Counted from the stretch's first letter, positions 37,550 through 48,773 are shown. The stretch: DNA of 64,000 nt from Candidatus Cloacimonadales bacterium (GCA_963665815.1 OY762463.1:320001-384000); one strand, 5' to 3'. The notes: generated from the letters alone by a model not told the origin. Program-made: numbers and translations.

Positions 37550-37921
37550 ATGGAGTTATCCAATATAGAAGGAATTGAATGTATTACAACTGATTCTGGA
37601 CTTAAATATTACATTACACATAAATCAGAGAGTTCAGATAAACCAAGAAGAGGATCTAAAGTTGATGTTCATTACAGTGGTTTTCTCACAAACGGGAAAA
37701 TGTTTGATTCTTCACACAGCAGAAATAAGAAATTCACTTTCACTCTTGGAGTCGGACAAGTAATCAAAGGTTGGGACGAAGGTGTTCAGCTGATGAATGT
37801 AGGGGACAAATTTCAGTTTCACATTCCTTACAAACTTGCTTATGGTGAAAGAGGGTATCCGGGAGTAATTCCTGCAAGAGCAACATTGATTTTTGATGTT
37901 GAACTTCTTGGATATAAGTAA
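37550..37921 (+). CDS. FKBP-type peptidyl-prolyl cis-trans isomerase
   Basis: VHYSG.L.NGKMFDSS, GQVIKGWDEG, LAYGERG, IP..ATLIFDVELL. Confidence 0.97.
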   Translation: MELSNIEGIECITTDSGLKYYITHKSESSDKPRRGSKVDVHYSGFLTNGKMFDSSHSRNKKFTFTLGVGQVIKGWDEGVQLMNVGDKFQFHIPYKLAYGERGYPGVIPARATLIFDVELLGYK

Positions 37922-37936
37922 ACATTTTTTAAATAT

Positions 37937-37982
37937 AAGCGCCCTTAAGTCCGGATAGATTTTTTAAGGGTGCTTTTTTTTT
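37937..37982 (+). terminator. Rho-independent terminator
   Basis: AAGCGCCCTTAA...TTAAGGGTGCTT followed by a T-run. Confidence 0.75.
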
Positions 37983-38154
37983 ACTTTTTTTCAGAACAAT
38001 TAGAATATATCATCCCCTTAGTATGGAAAAGGTTATATATGTTCAGTGAATCACATTCATCAATATATGTGATAAATAAATTGACATTGTTCATACACTT
38101 TTATCTTATAAAATTTGCTATTTTTTGCAAAAAATAATACTTGGGAGTATTTTA

Positions 38155-41100
38155 ATGATAAAAAAGTTATCTTTAATTATTAGTTTTGTCTTAACAACAA
38201 TTCTGTTTGCAGTCCCTGTTTCAGGAACAAGGACAATTGGACAGACAGGATATTATCAAACATTAGAAGAAGCCTGTGACTCGATTATGGCTTATGGAAT
38301 AGATGGCGATATTGTTTTACTGCTTTCTGCCGGAACATATGATGGACGTGTAGACTTAGGTTATACAGATCCTGCATACGATATTACTATCACAACGAAT
38401 GAACCGGAAGGCAGCGTTATTCTGACAAACAGTCAATCCACAAGTTCCATAAACTGGATCATGAGACTTTACGCAGCAAATAATGTAGCGATCAGCAATT
38501 TGACTTTCCAATCTGATGCAACTTATGGTTGTGCAATATTAATGAATGGTGACTGCGATGATATTCTGATTGACAATAATGTATTTAATGGTGTTGTAAG
38601 TACTAATACTTCAAACCACAGCTTGATCAGACTTAATGCAGATTCTGAAGCTCCTGACAATGTGCAGATTTCTCATAACAAGTTTTATGATGGAGCGTAT
38701 CAGATTTTTAACAGCTCTAATACATATACTGAAGAATTAAACACGCAAAATTTAACTATCACTGATAATGAATTTTACAGAAGCTATAAACACATGTATC
38801 TTTCCAGAGCAATGGGTGCGTATATTTCAGATAACATTTTTGATGGTTCAAAATATGGATTTGAGTTAAGAGGATGTAAATGGGTAGACGTTTTAGGAAA
38901 CTCACTTAAAGCTAAATTGTTCGGTATAACACTTTCTTATTGCGGTGATGGTGATGACTACTGCTATATATACAACAATAAAGTCAGAGTGACCGGTGCA
39001 AATGATACTTATACTACCTTTACAGGAGAAGCACATGGGATAACTGTTTCAAACGGAACAGGGAATAGCGTAAGACACAATACTGTCGTCAATACATCCG
39101 ATCATTCATGGTCTAATGCAATGAGTATTTCAGGTACGCAAAACTATGTTAAAAGCAATCTTATTGTTAATTATGGTAAAGGATATGGAGCTTATTTTAA
39201 CAATCTCATTGGTGATAATGATGTTGTGAATATTGAAGATTATAATAATATCTTCTCAAAGTCAGTCTACTCTGTAAAAGTAAGTAATACATATTATAAG
39301 ACACTATTTGATTTCCATGCTGCAATATATATTGATCCTTCCCAGAGAAATGATAAGAATTATGATCCTGTACTGGATACAACTATGACAATGATTCCTC
39401 AGAGTTGTGCAATGGAAGATCAGGCATATTATACGGGATACCAGAGCTTTGATTTCTACGGCAATCCAAGAAGCAACTCTCCTGACTTTGGAGCAGTAGA
39501 ATATTCTTCTACAGGACTGGCACCTCTTAGCGGAGTCTTTACTATCGGATCTGCAGGAAATTACACGTCAATTCAAGCTGCATCAGACGATTTAACTCTT
39601 AGAGGTGTTAATGGGCCAACTCAGTTCATACTCGACGGAACAGACTTTAATGAGAAGATAGATATTGGTTTCATATCAGGAACATCTAGTATCAACAGAA
39701 TTCTATTTAGTGGTTCTCAGTTTACAGATACAAGAATTATAGCAGCTGGTACATCAGACAAGCCTTATGTTATGAACTTAATGAGAACTCAGCATGTTAT
39801 TTTTGAAGATATTGAGTTCAGAAACGTGCATAACTCTTATGGAGTTTGCTTCTATATTACATCCTTTACTGATGATATAACAGTCAGAAACTGTGAATTT
39901 TATCAGGACACGGGAGCAGTTAATGAATATTACAGTAACAATATCTTTGTAGATCAGCCTGGAGAAGCAAATGATTTTACTGTTACTAACTGTACATTTG
40001 AGAATGGGAACAGAGCTTTTTACGATCACAGCTACACGAACAGTAGTGAAGTTGAGTTTCTTAACTGTACAACAAACAATCACCGTATAGCAGTTAATGT
40101 AGCGAATGTTAAAGGATTGAAAATTAAAGAGAATACAATAAACAATGTAACTTACGGTGGAATTATTGCTAATTATTGCGACTATTTCGAAGTTGAGAAA
40201 AACAAAATAACAGGTAGTTCCAGAGGTATAGATGTAAGTTCAGCAAGTGGAATCATTCCACAGTCTCCTTATCAGAATCTGGTTGCCAACAATATAATAA
40301 ACTTAAGTGGAGGAATGGGGATTAATATTGCTGGGAACTACATAGATATTCTTAACAACAGTATATCCATTACAGGTACAAATCTGTATGGAATTTACCA
40401 GTATAATCAGTCCTCAGATTTAAATATTTTTGCAAATGCAATCAGAGTTGAAAATGGATATGTTATTTGGTTAACTAATTCAACAACAACCAGTAACTAT
40501 AATATAGACGGAAACTCATATTACTCAGAAAATGCAAAATTTGTTAAGCTGGATAATATAAGCTATAATGATTTACAAGAGTGGTGCGCAGCCGATCCCA
40601 CTCAAAACATCCATTCCGTAGAAGCAGACCCACATTTCGATTCCTTTGGAATGGCTACATCTCCATGGTTGGTTAACAGAGGCTTTGGAGCATCAAGAGT
40701 TACTGAAGATTTTAATGGAACAAGTAGAGATGTTTTTAATGATATTGGTGCCAACGAACAGGTCGGTGCTGTGTTCCTATTCCCGGAAAGAAATGATAAT
40801 GTGCTTACTGTGGGGCCGGGGTATGAGTATTCGACAATTCAGGAATGTTTTGATGATATTGCCTTTCATGGACTAAAAAGATTATCTCCAACTGACGAAA
40901 CACATAAAGACACTCTGTTTGTCAGAATTGCTGATGGGTTATATGGTGAACTGTCACAGCTTAATCACATGCCAAGAGAGATTCATGAGTTAACATCTGA
41001 TGATGAAGCTGTTCTTGTAATCGAATCTATGAATGATAATTGTTTCCTTGGCTATCCTGATGATTCCGATAATCAGGATCCAATATTCCTGCTCAATGGT

Positions 41101-43689
41101 ATCGATAACGTTATTATCAGGGATCTAAATTTCTTATCAGATGGTTCACAATTATCAAGTTTTATAAAGAGTATGTCCTACATCAAAAATTGTGAAATAA
41201 GTGGTTGTAACTTCACTGTTACAGAGAATACAAATGGTGTTATTGCTGTAAACTTCACAGATTCACCTTCAGAGAACACTGTTTTCAAACACAATGTTTT
41301 CAACAACGGACAATACGGCTATAACGTATCTAAAGAATATTATAGTTCTTTGTATCACAAAAATATGATTCTTCACTCAAACGTTTTCTACAATACCGAT
41401 TATCCGATTCATATTCAGAATGTTACAGGATTGAATGTACATAGATCAGACATCTATGATGCATCACAAGGATTATGGATAACCTATTGTAACGGTTTAA
41501 CAGAAGTATATAACAATAAAGTGGAAATGAGCGGTTTCTCCGGTTCTTATACAAGAGTTACTGCAAATTATATGGGAAATATTCAATCTGATATTGACGG
41601 GGAAGAGCTGAGATTCTACAATAATATTATCAGAGTATTTGATAACACATGTCAAGCTATGACAGGTATTCAGTTCCAGTATTGCGATGATGCCTTGATA
41701 GCAAACAACAACGTTGAAGTTGAACATGATTACTCTTATGGCTGGTCCTATGCTGCAAGCTTTTCATCCTGTCCGGATGTTATCTTCAAGAACAATATTC
41801 TTTCAGGTATGAAAAAGACTTATGCTTTAACCTATGACTCTAACAACACTGTAGATTTCCTTAACAATTGCTTCTACTCAGAGAATCAATATTTCGGTCG
41901 TACAGGAAGTACAGATTATAGAACATTCGAAGATTTTGAATCTGATCATTTCACTAATGATTCTAACTTCCAGGCATACCCATTTTTTGATAACAATGGT
42001 TTTGCTCAATCTCAGTTCTTGAAAGACAGAGGTATAACACCTGTTGCGTCCTTTGACTTTTTGACTGATGCAAGAAGTCATCCGTTTGATGTTGGTGCTA
42101 CGATTATCAGCAATAATGATTTCTTTAGCACAATATATCAGGATATTTATGTTGGTAATGGCTATGCAACACTTGACGATGCTTACGAAGCTCTTATGAA
42201 AAGAGGTGTTTCCGCACACATAAATATTTATCTACCGGAAGGAGATTTCTCGGGGAATCATATCTTCAGATATATACCTTATAGTTCAGATCAAAGCACA
42301 GTAACAATCAGACCTGTTGATGGAGCAGATGTCACACTTCGCTATACTGCAAGTTCTGAAGATGATAACTATGTTGTAAAAATGATTGGAACGAAAAATC
42401 TTATCCTGGATGGACTGACACTTGTAGCAGAAGGAAATACATACAGCAGATGTATTGATATCTCAGGTGTCACTGATAAAATAAAAATCAGAAATTGTGA
42501 TATTACCGGACCGGTAATTACTTCTTCTGATATATATGACAGACGTCCTTTGATTTTTGCTGATTATGATAATTCGTTCCTTACAACATTAGAAAACAAT
42601 GCCCTTAACAATGGTTGTTATGGTTTCTCCAGGGGAAGCAATTCAATTGCTGCAAATGACAGAATCGAGAATAACACTTTCTATGCTAACTATCAGGCAA
42701 TCAACTTGCTTGCAGGTGAAGGTCCCTGGATAAGAAATAATACTATGGATGATAATTATTTCTATAGTATTTACATGCATGATGTTACTGGTTCATACAT
42801 CATCTCAGAAAACGAGATTGAAGCCCTGAGTGGAACAGTTGTGAACATTTATGATTGCAGAAGTGATGTTCCCAAATATATCTTCAACAACTATATATAT
42901 GGAGGTTCAGACGGTCATACACTGAATGGAGCTCTTAAAGTAAGTGATACAAACAATCTTGAGATTGTGAACAATACATTGAAGGGGAATTGCTCATCTA
43001 ACAACCATGTATTTAAGAAAGATGGTGATGTTGACAGCCTTAAGTTCATCAACAATATTGTTTACTGCAGCGAACAGGGAAGAGCTGCCGGTTTCTCATC
43101 AACAGATGAAATTTCCGAATGCAAAAACAACATCTTCTATTCTGAAGGACCGGAAGCGATGATCTGGGGAAGTACTATTGTACATAACAACGCTGAAATG
43201 GTTACAGACAGTAATGTCCAGAACTGTTTCGTTACTGACCCAAGATTTGACGGGGATTCCGGTCAGGTTCTCTCAGCTTCAACTGCTGTGGATAACGGAT
43301 GGGATGTTTCATACATTACGGAAGATATTCTTGGAAACGCAAGAGATGAAAACACAGATATGGGAGCTTATGAGTATATCGTTATCTCTCATTTGGATTC
43401 ACCTCAAAATGTTGTAATATCTGCTGATAATGCGTCAGGTGAAGTTACGATAAACTGGGATTCAGTAGATAATGCGGATTCATATAAAATTGAGATTTCG
43501 GATAATCCTGAAAACGGCTTTTCTGTACAGGCAACGGTTACTGAAACAAGTTATACTTTCACACCTACAACTAACGCAGGATTCTTTAAGGTTACTGCTC
43601 AAAGAAATGAGAATACAGTACTCAGAGCAGCTCAACCACAATTCAGGGCAGATAAATCTGACAATAGAATCAGACGAGTTAACAAATAA
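38155..43689 (+). CDS. Large secreted parallel beta-helix repeat protein (4 modules) with C-terminal FN3-like domain
   Basis: Signal peptide from ATG 38155; Asn-rich I.NN.F ladders; four modules ending D..G..R....D.GA.E; INWDSV.NA.SY.I FN3 motif. Confidence 0.8.
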   Translation: MIKKLSLIISFVLTTILFAVPVSGTRTIGQTGYYQTLEEACDSIMAYGIDGDIVLLLSAGTYDGRVDLGYTDPAYDITITTNEPEGSVILTNSQSTSSINWIMRLYAANNVAISNLTFQSDATYGCAILMNGDCDDILIDNNVFNGVVSTNTSNHSLIRLNADSEAPDNVQISHNKFYDGAYQIFNSSNTYTEELNTQNLTITDNEFYRSYKHMYLSRAMGAYISDNIFDGSKYGFELRGCKWVDVLGNSLKAKLFGITLSYCGDGDDYCYIYNNKVRVTGANDTYTTFTGEAHGITVSNGTGNSVRHNTVVNTSDHSWSNAMSISGTQNYVKSNLIVNYGKGYGAYFNNLIGDNDVVNIEDYNNIFSKSVYSVKVSNTYYKTLFDFHAAIYIDPSQRNDKNYDPVLDTTMTMIPQSCAMEDQAYYTGYQSFDFYGNPRSNSPDFGAVEYSSTGLAPLSGVFTIGSAGNYTSIQAASDDLTLRGVNGPTQFILDGTDFNEKIDIGFISGTSSINRILFSGSQFTDTRIIAAGTSDKPYVMNLMRTQHVIFEDIEFRNVHNSYGVCFYITSFTDDITVRNCEFYQDTGAVNEYYSNNIFVDQPGEANDFTVTNCTFENGNRAFYDHSYTNSSEVEFLNCTTNNHRIAVNVANVKGLKIKENTINNVTYGGIIANYCDYFEVEKNKITGSSRGIDVSSASGIIPQSPYQNLVANNIINLSGGMGINIAGNYIDILNNSISITGTNLYGIYQYNQSSDLNIFANAIRVENGYVIWLTNSTTTSNYNIDGNSYYSENAKFVKLDNISYNDLQEWCAADPTQNIHSVEADPHFDSFGMATSPWLVNRGFGASRVTEDFNGTSRDVFNDIGANEQVGAVFLFPERNDNVLTVGPGYEYSTIQECFDDIAFHGLKRLSPTDETHKDTLFVRIADGLYGELSQLNHMPREIHELTSDDEAVLVIESMNDNCFLGYPDDSDNQDPIFLLNGIDNVIIRDLNFLSDGSQLSSFIKSMSYIKNCEISGCNFTVTENTNGVIAVNFTDSPSENTVFKHNVFNNGQYGYNVSKEYYSSLYHKNMILHSNVFYNTDYPIHIQNVTGLNVHRSDIYDASQGLWITYCNGLTEVYNNKVEMSGFSGSYTRVTANYMGNIQSDIDGEELRFYNNIIRVFDNTCQAMTGIQFQYCDDALIANNNVEVEHDYSYGWSYAASFSSCPDVIFKNNILSGMKKTYALTYDSNNTVDFLNNCFYSENQYFGRTGSTDYRTFEDFESDHFTNDSNFQAYPFFDNNGFAQSQFLKDRGITPVASFDFLTDARSHPFDVGATIISNNDFFSTIYQDIYVGNGYATLDDAYEALMKRGVSAHINIYLPEGDFSGNHIFRYIPYSSDQSTVTIRPVDGADVTLRYTASSEDDNYVVKMIGTKNLILDGLTLVAEGNTYSRCIDISGVTDKIKIRNCDITGPVITSSDIYDRRPLIFADYDNSFLTTLENNALNNGCYGFSRGSNSIAANDRIENNTFYANYQAINLLAGEGPWIRNNTMDDNYFYSIYMHDVTGSYIISENEIEALSGTVVNIYDCRSDVPKYIFNNYIYGGSDGHTLNGALKVSDTNNLEIVNNTLKGNCSSNNHVFKKDGDVDSLKFINNIVYCSEQGRAAGFSSTDEISECKNNIFYSEGPEAMIWGSTIVHNNAEMVTDSNVQNCFVTDPRFDGDSGQVLSASTAVDNGWDVSYITEDILGNARDENTDMGAYEYIVISHLDSPQNVVISADNASGEVTINWDSVDNADSYKIEISDNPENGFSVQATVTETSYTFTPTTNAGFFKVTAQRNENTVLRAAQPQFRADKSDNRIRRVNK

Positions 43690-43711
43690 CACATTAACTG
43701 ACAATAAATTG

Positions 43712-43739
43712 AAAGGCTGTCCGTAAAGGCAGCCTTTTT
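43712..43739 (+). terminator. Rho-independent terminator
   Basis: AAAGGCTGTC-CGTAAA-GGCAGCCTTTTT. Confidence 0.8.
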
Positions 43740-43902
43740 GTATATTGAGATTATAACATATTAACCCATAAAGCAAACTGACGTTTGACTCAGTCTTTAA
43801 AGTGGTATTAAAACATTAAGTAACAGAGCGAGATTATTTCTTAACCCTGGAAAGAAGAATCTACTATAGGTAGTCTGTCTAACATAGAGATATATTCATG
43901 CT

Positions 43903-44823
43903 CTAATATCCCTTCTTAATATCAACTTCGAGTTCTTTTGCCTTATTGTTAAGGATTCTATTAAATGACTCAGTTACATCAGTCAATTCTGTCAAGGCCG
44001 CCTGGTGGGGAGTGATGGTTACATCGGGTCTGTCCCAGAGTGTGGATGATGCAGGTAGTGGTTCTATTTCTACAACATCAAGAGTTGCATGTCGTAGGTA
44101 GCCTCTGTCCAAAGCTTCTATTACAGTATTGTCTCTCGCTGTTTTACCTCTGCCAATGTTAATGTAGTGGATTCCTTTAAACTGTGAGAAAAATTCGATA
44201 TTAAGTAGATTGTCTGTTGTTCCTGACCATGGCAGAGCATTTATCAAAAAATCAGCCTTACATGTTGCTTCCTCAACTTTGTTCATAGGTATAACAAGAT
44301 CAAAGCTTTTTGACGTACTACCTGATCTGTTAACACCAACAGTTTTGATATTCAGAGTTCTGAGCAAAATGGATATAGCTGTTCCAATCGTACCGGTTCC
44401 CAGGATAATGACAGTTGTGTCTTGTAGATAACGTTGGCTGGTGCGTCTCCATTCATGCCTGATCTGATTAGTTTTCAGCTCAATTCGATTCAGGTTATCA
44501 CTGAGGATATGGTTCAGGCAGTATTCCGCTATTTTGCGTCCCATAGAACCTGATGAACGGGTCAAGCGTGTAGCATGTGAAAGGTCTTTGCGTGAAGTAT
44601 AGCCATCTACACCTGCACCAAAGCAATGTATCCATTCAAGTTTGGAGATATCGGCTGGGGGAGGATTGAATCCGGCATATGCATTATATTCTGAAAGGTC
44701 TGTTAAATCTGGTTTTTCTATATAAAAAGCATGTATTTTTTCTGGTTTAAAATTGCTGTCTATATATTCGGCAAACTCTTTTCCTAAACGCCCACTTGTA
44801 GCAATTTTCCATTTATTTGACAT
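43903..44823 (-). CDS. D-isomer-specific 2-hydroxyacid dehydrogenase family protein
   Basis: GAGVD, ILGTGTIG, INIGRG, LDV...EPLP..S.LW....V.ITPH. Confidence 0.9.
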   Translation of the reverse strand: MSNKWKIATSGRLGKEFAEYIDSNFKPEKIHAFYIEKPDLTDLSEYNAYAGFNPPPADISKLEWIHCFGAGVDGYTSRKDLSHATRLTRSSGSMGRKIAEYCLNHILSDNLNRIELKTNQIRHEWRRTSQRYLQDTTVIILGTGTIGTAISILLRTLNIKTVGVNRSGSTSKSFDLVIPMNKVEEATCKADFLINALPWSGTTDNLLNIEFFSQFKGIHYINIGRGKTARDNTVIEALDRGYLRHATLDVVEIEPLPASSTLWDRPDVTITPHQAALTELTDVTESFNRILNNKAKELEVDIKKGY

Positions 44824-44940
44824 TTGTGTTCCCCTCAATTAAATTATTTGTGTGTTACAGAATATGAGCAAACAAAACTGTTGCAAAAATATGTTAAGTA
44901 ATTTGAATTGACAAGACATAAATTATCAGGATTGCGAACT

Positions 44941-46407
44941 ATGAAAGAAACAGAGAAAAAATATAAAGATATGGATAGCGATTATATTAAAGCTCAGATT
45001 GATAGCACTGAGTCAGTTGAGGATAAAATTGATTTTCTATATAGATTGGCTGCACATTATTATGAAAATGGCAACTATAAGGAATCAATAATCTATGGAG
45101 AGCAAAGTTATGATTTAATGGATGAGGATCATAAAAATCGAGGTAATCTTGTTCAGTTAATTGGAACCGTGAGATTCAATCTGTGCAATTACAGAAAAGC
45201 AATAGAGTATTTCAAAGAACATATAGAATATGCTTTTAAGGGAATGAGTAATTTAAGCGTCGAAATGACATTGAATTATATTGGACTAAGTTATCGAGAA
45301 CTTGGTGAATTAGAACAGGCAATAAATTATTACAAAAAAGCAAATGAAATTTTTGAAAAAAACGGAAACATTGAAGGTGTAGGGGGAACACTTCTTAATA
45401 TTGGTCATTTATATATTTCTATAAATGATCTCGAAACGGCTCAAAAGTACTTTACTCAATCTCTTGTGTATATGAAAAAAGTAGGTAAACCTGCTAATAT
45501 TGCAATGGTTTATGGATCTTTAGGAAATGTATGCAGACGAAAAAAAGATTATGAGAATGCCGAAAAGTACTTTCTGAAAGCAATGGAGCAAAGCAAAATT
45601 TGCAATAATCAAGTTAAAATTCTGTTTGCGCTGAATAATCTGGGATTGTTGAATATTAATAATAAGCAATACGTTAAGGCAAAAGAGTATTACATCGAAG
45701 GACTGAAAATAGCTGAAAATGGTAATGACTCTAAGATAAAGGCAATCTTGTATTCAAACATTGGAAATGCATGCATTTATTTGAAAGAGTTTGATAAAGC
45801 TGAAGAGTACCTCAAAAAAGGTATGTTATTGGCAGAGGAAATCAAGTCACAGGAGATTATTGCCAAGAACTACAAAATGCAATCAGAACTATACAAGGAA
45901 ACAGATAATTCTCAGAAAGTTTATGAAACTCTTATGAATTATATTAGGATCACTGAAGAGATTGATAACAATAAAGAATCAGAAAAAATTCGTGAATTGG
46001 AAGTCAGGCTTGAAACCAAACAGAAAGAGCATGAAGCAGAAATCTATAAGTTGAAGAATACAGAGTTAAAAAATGCCCTTATGGAGCTTCAGGAAGCTTA
46101 TGTAAGACAGGAAGAGGCTCATCAGGAAATTCTCGATCTTGAACGAAAAAACTCTATTCTTGCTATGGCAGTGACAGCTAATCATGAGATTACACAACCA
46201 TTGATGGTTCTCTCAGGCAATATTGAAATGCTGCATATGAAACTGGAGATGGAAGATTCAAAATACTTGAATGATAAAGCATGGGGAAGAATAACTGAGT
46301 CTATTGGCAATATAAAGAAAATTCTCTCTGCTTATAAAGAATCGACTCATTTTGAATTTGATAAATACACTGATAACATTAACATGGTAAACCTGAAAGA
46401 TTCCTGA
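44941..46407 (+). CDS. TPR-repeat protein with C-terminal HisKA-like H-box, no ATPase domain
   Basis: Multiple TPRs (LNYIGLSY, LNNLGLL, YSNIGNA); coiled coil; AVTANHEITQPL; stops ~70 aa later. Confidence 0.8.
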   Translation: MKETEKKYKDMDSDYIKAQIDSTESVEDKIDFLYRLAAHYYENGNYKESIIYGEQSYDLMDEDHKNRGNLVQLIGTVRFNLCNYRKAIEYFKEHIEYAFKGMSNLSVEMTLNYIGLSYRELGELEQAINYYKKANEIFEKNGNIEGVGGTLLNIGHLYISINDLETAQKYFTQSLVYMKKVGKPANIAMVYGSLGNVCRRKKDYENAEKYFLKAMEQSKICNNQVKILFALNNLGLLNINNKQYVKAKEYYIEGLKIAENGNDSKIKAILYSNIGNACIYLKEFDKAEEYLKKGMLLAEEIKSQEIIAKNYKMQSELYKETDNSQKVYETLMNYIRITEEIDNNKESEKIRELEVRLETKQKEHEAEIYKLKNTELKNALMELQEAYVRQEEAHQEILDLERKNSILAMAVTANHEITQPLMVLSGNIEMLHMKLEMEDSKYLNDKAWGRITESIGNIKKILSAYKESTHFEFDKYTDNINMVNLKDS

Positions 46408-47673
46408 TTATTCAGAATTCAATGACTCAGCAGCATGTTTTCCTGCAACCCATCCGGTTGAGAAAGCAATCTGCAGGTTGTATCCGCCTGTATCAGCATC
46501 AAGATTGATAACTTCTCCTGTAAAATACAAGCCCGGGCATACCTTAGATTCCATAGTCTTTGGATTTATTTCTTTAAGATTAACTCCACCTGCAGTGATA
46601 ATAGCCTCATCAATAGGACGATGATTTTTCACGGTAAATCTGAAATCTTTCAATATATTCTTTAATTTTTTGCGTTCATCAGAGGTTACTTTGTGACATA
46701 GTTTCTCCCCATTCAAAGAGGTTTCTTCAATAAGCACAGGAATCATCCTGTTAGGAACCAGTTTTTTCATTAGTGTTTTCAGTTTGGTTTTGCTGTTTTG
46801 CTCAAATTCTCGTATCAGTCTTGCATCAAGAGTTTTATGGTCCAGGGCAGGCTTAAGATCAATTGATAGTTCAACTTGTTTCTTCTCTCTCAGAGCCTGA
46901 ACACATTTACGGGACAGACTAAGAATTATTGGACCTGATACTCCATAATGTGTAAACAGCATTTCTCCGAAAAGGGAATCATTTTTTTTCCCATTAACAA
47001 ACACTGTTGTACTAACATTCTTCAGGCTTATTCCCTGCATTTTCGACGCTTTATCGGTGATGGTTTCCAGTGGAATCAGTGCCGGAAAAATATCGGTAAC
47101 TGTATGTCCGGTCTGAATAGCAAGTCTGTATCCATCTCCTGTTGATCCTGTAAGTGGATAGCTTGTTCCTCCTGTAGCTACAATGACTTTTTCTGCATAA
47201 AATTCCTTATCCATGTCATTGCAGATTGCTCCTAATACAAATCCATTATCAGATTTCTTTATCTTAATGACATTGGCGTTGTTAATGATCTCGACATTGT
47301 TCTTCTTACAGGAATTGATCAGTACAGAAACAACATCAGAGGCTTTGTCTGATTCAGGAAATATTCTTCCTCCGCGTTCTGTTTTAACTTTAAGATTATT
47401 GGATTCCAGAAAATCAATAATATCCTGACTGAAAAACTGTGAAAAGGAATTGTACATAAATTTTGGTTGTGGATATATATGTGTAAGAAATTCTTTCAGA
47501 TTATCTGTATTGGTTATATTGCATCTGCCTTTACCTGTTATTCTCAGTTTTTTGGCAGACTTACTCATTTTTTCCAGAATCAAAATTTTTGATTCTTTTT
47601 TTTCTCCGGCCTTGACTGCTGCAAGAAGCCCTGCTGCACCGGCTCCTATAATTATAATGTCATATGTTTTCAT
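46408..47673 (-). CDS. HI0933/YhiN (BaiN) family flavoprotein
   Basis: IIGAGAAG, ITGKGRCNITN, ATGG.SYP.TGSTGDG, GE.LFTH.G.SGP, TGGYNLQ.AFSTG. Confidence 0.95.
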   Translation of the reverse strand: MKTYDIIIIGAGAAGLLAAVKAGEKKESKILILEKMSKSAKKLRITGKGRCNITNTDNLKEFLTHIYPQPKFMYNSFSQFFSQDIIDFLESNNLKVKTERGGRIFPESDKASDVVSVLINSCKKNNVEIINNANVIKIKKSDNGFVLGAICNDMDKEFYAEKVIVATGGTSYPLTGSTGDGYRLAIQTGHTVTDIFPALIPLETITDKASKMQGISLKNVSTTVFVNGKKNDSLFGEMLFTHYGVSGPIILSLSRKCVQALREKKQVELSIDLKPALDHKTLDARLIREFEQNSKTKLKTLMKKLVPNRMIPVLIEETSLNGEKLCHKVTSDERKKLKNILKDFRFTVKNHRPIDEAIITAGGVNLKEINPKTMESKVCPGLYFTGEVINLDADTGGYNLQIAFSTGWVAGKHAAESLNSE

Positions 47674-47992
47674 TAAACCTCAATATCGATGTTATTTTGT
47701 GTGTCAGTGTTTTGGCTTTACTTCATGTAATTTTCATTCTGATTCGGTTGATTGTTATTGTACGGAGATCTTACTTTCTCTTTCTTTTTCGGTATACTTT
47801 TTTATTCCCCTGAAGAATTTCCAGAAACTCAGTTATAAATCGGAAACCGGCATATATTATAATGATTCGGAAAACCAGTCCGGACAAGCTATATAATAGT
47901 CTAAGCATGTTTTACCTTTTTTCGATAATGTAATACAAAAGTAGTCTTTTCGCTAATGATAACATTACATTTTACATGTTCAAAGTAATATT

Positions 47993-48256
47993 CTATCTCT
48001 TCTTAGCCTGGCTGAGTCTTACAAGATGTCTTTTTACTGCTATATTTCCCAGAAACTGGAGTATACCAAATAAGATTACTCCTCCAATAAAGCAGATCAA
48101 GCTCTTGAAAAACCAGTTTTCATCAGGTACAAACAGAAAGTGTTTTACCCCAAAGAAAATTGTTGATACAGGTCCAATGAGGAGACAATAAAATGAAGAA
48201 ATCATAATTGTAGCATTTCTTTTTCTCTTTTTTGTATGACTAATTCTTTGTTTCAT
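47993..48256 (-). CDS. Small two-TM membrane protein
   Basis: Two hydrophobic segments; overlaps the upstream stop codon (coupled). Confidence 0.55.
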   Translation of the reverse strand: MKQRISHTKKRKRNATIMISSFYCLLIGPVSTIFFGVKHFLFVPDENWFFKSLICFIGGVILFGILQFLGNIAVKRHLVRLSQAKKR

Positions 48257-48711
48257 TTTTTTCCACCCTTCAATTTTAAAATTATATAATTTACTGAAAA
48301 TGCTTTGTAGTCAGATCCAATACTCAATTTCTTCTCTAATAAAAGTATGTTTTTCTCCTGCTCATTCACTCTGACAAAATCAGCGAAACTCACTTGAAGT
48401 TCTGCGGCTTTTTTCAACTCAGATGTTAAAAACTCAATGTTTATTCTGTAATTTTCAACTCCGGATGGGAATAAAGTATCCCAGTCAAAATCAGAGTCGG
48501 TCTGGAGAAAAATATGGTATGAGTTGTCAATCAGCTTCATATGTGCTTTAAGTCCTGAATCTTTTGCTCCTAATTGCTCTTTTACAAACACTGGCTTAGG
48601 ACGAGACTTCAGATCGAAACTTTTTACCTTGACATCATTTTTACTGTAACATGATAATCCGACCATAAGCATTAAAACAAGTAGTGTACTTTTTTTAATA
48701 AATTTGTTCAT
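48253..48711 (-). CDS. Hypothetical exported protein / lipoprotein
   Basis: MNKFIKK..LLVLMLMVGLSC signal sequence. Confidence 0.6.
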   Translation of the reverse strand: MNKFIKKSTLLVLMLMVGLSCYSKNDVKVKSFDLKSRPKPVFVKEQLGAKDSGLKAHMKLIDNSYHIFLQTDSDFDWDTLFPSGVENYRINIEFLTSELKKAAELQVSFADFVRVNEQEKNILLLEKKLSIGSDYKAFSVNYIILKLKGGKK

Positions 48712-48773
48712 CTTTTTCTCCGAAAACATTAAATTATAATAAGCGAATTTTGTAAATATATTTTGGAGGTTTT

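Noticed and set aside
47775-47909. 45-codon minus-strand ORF MLRLLYSLSGLVFRIIII...
   Set aside because: Short with no recognisable family; may be a real small membrane peptide but cannot be supported from sequence alone
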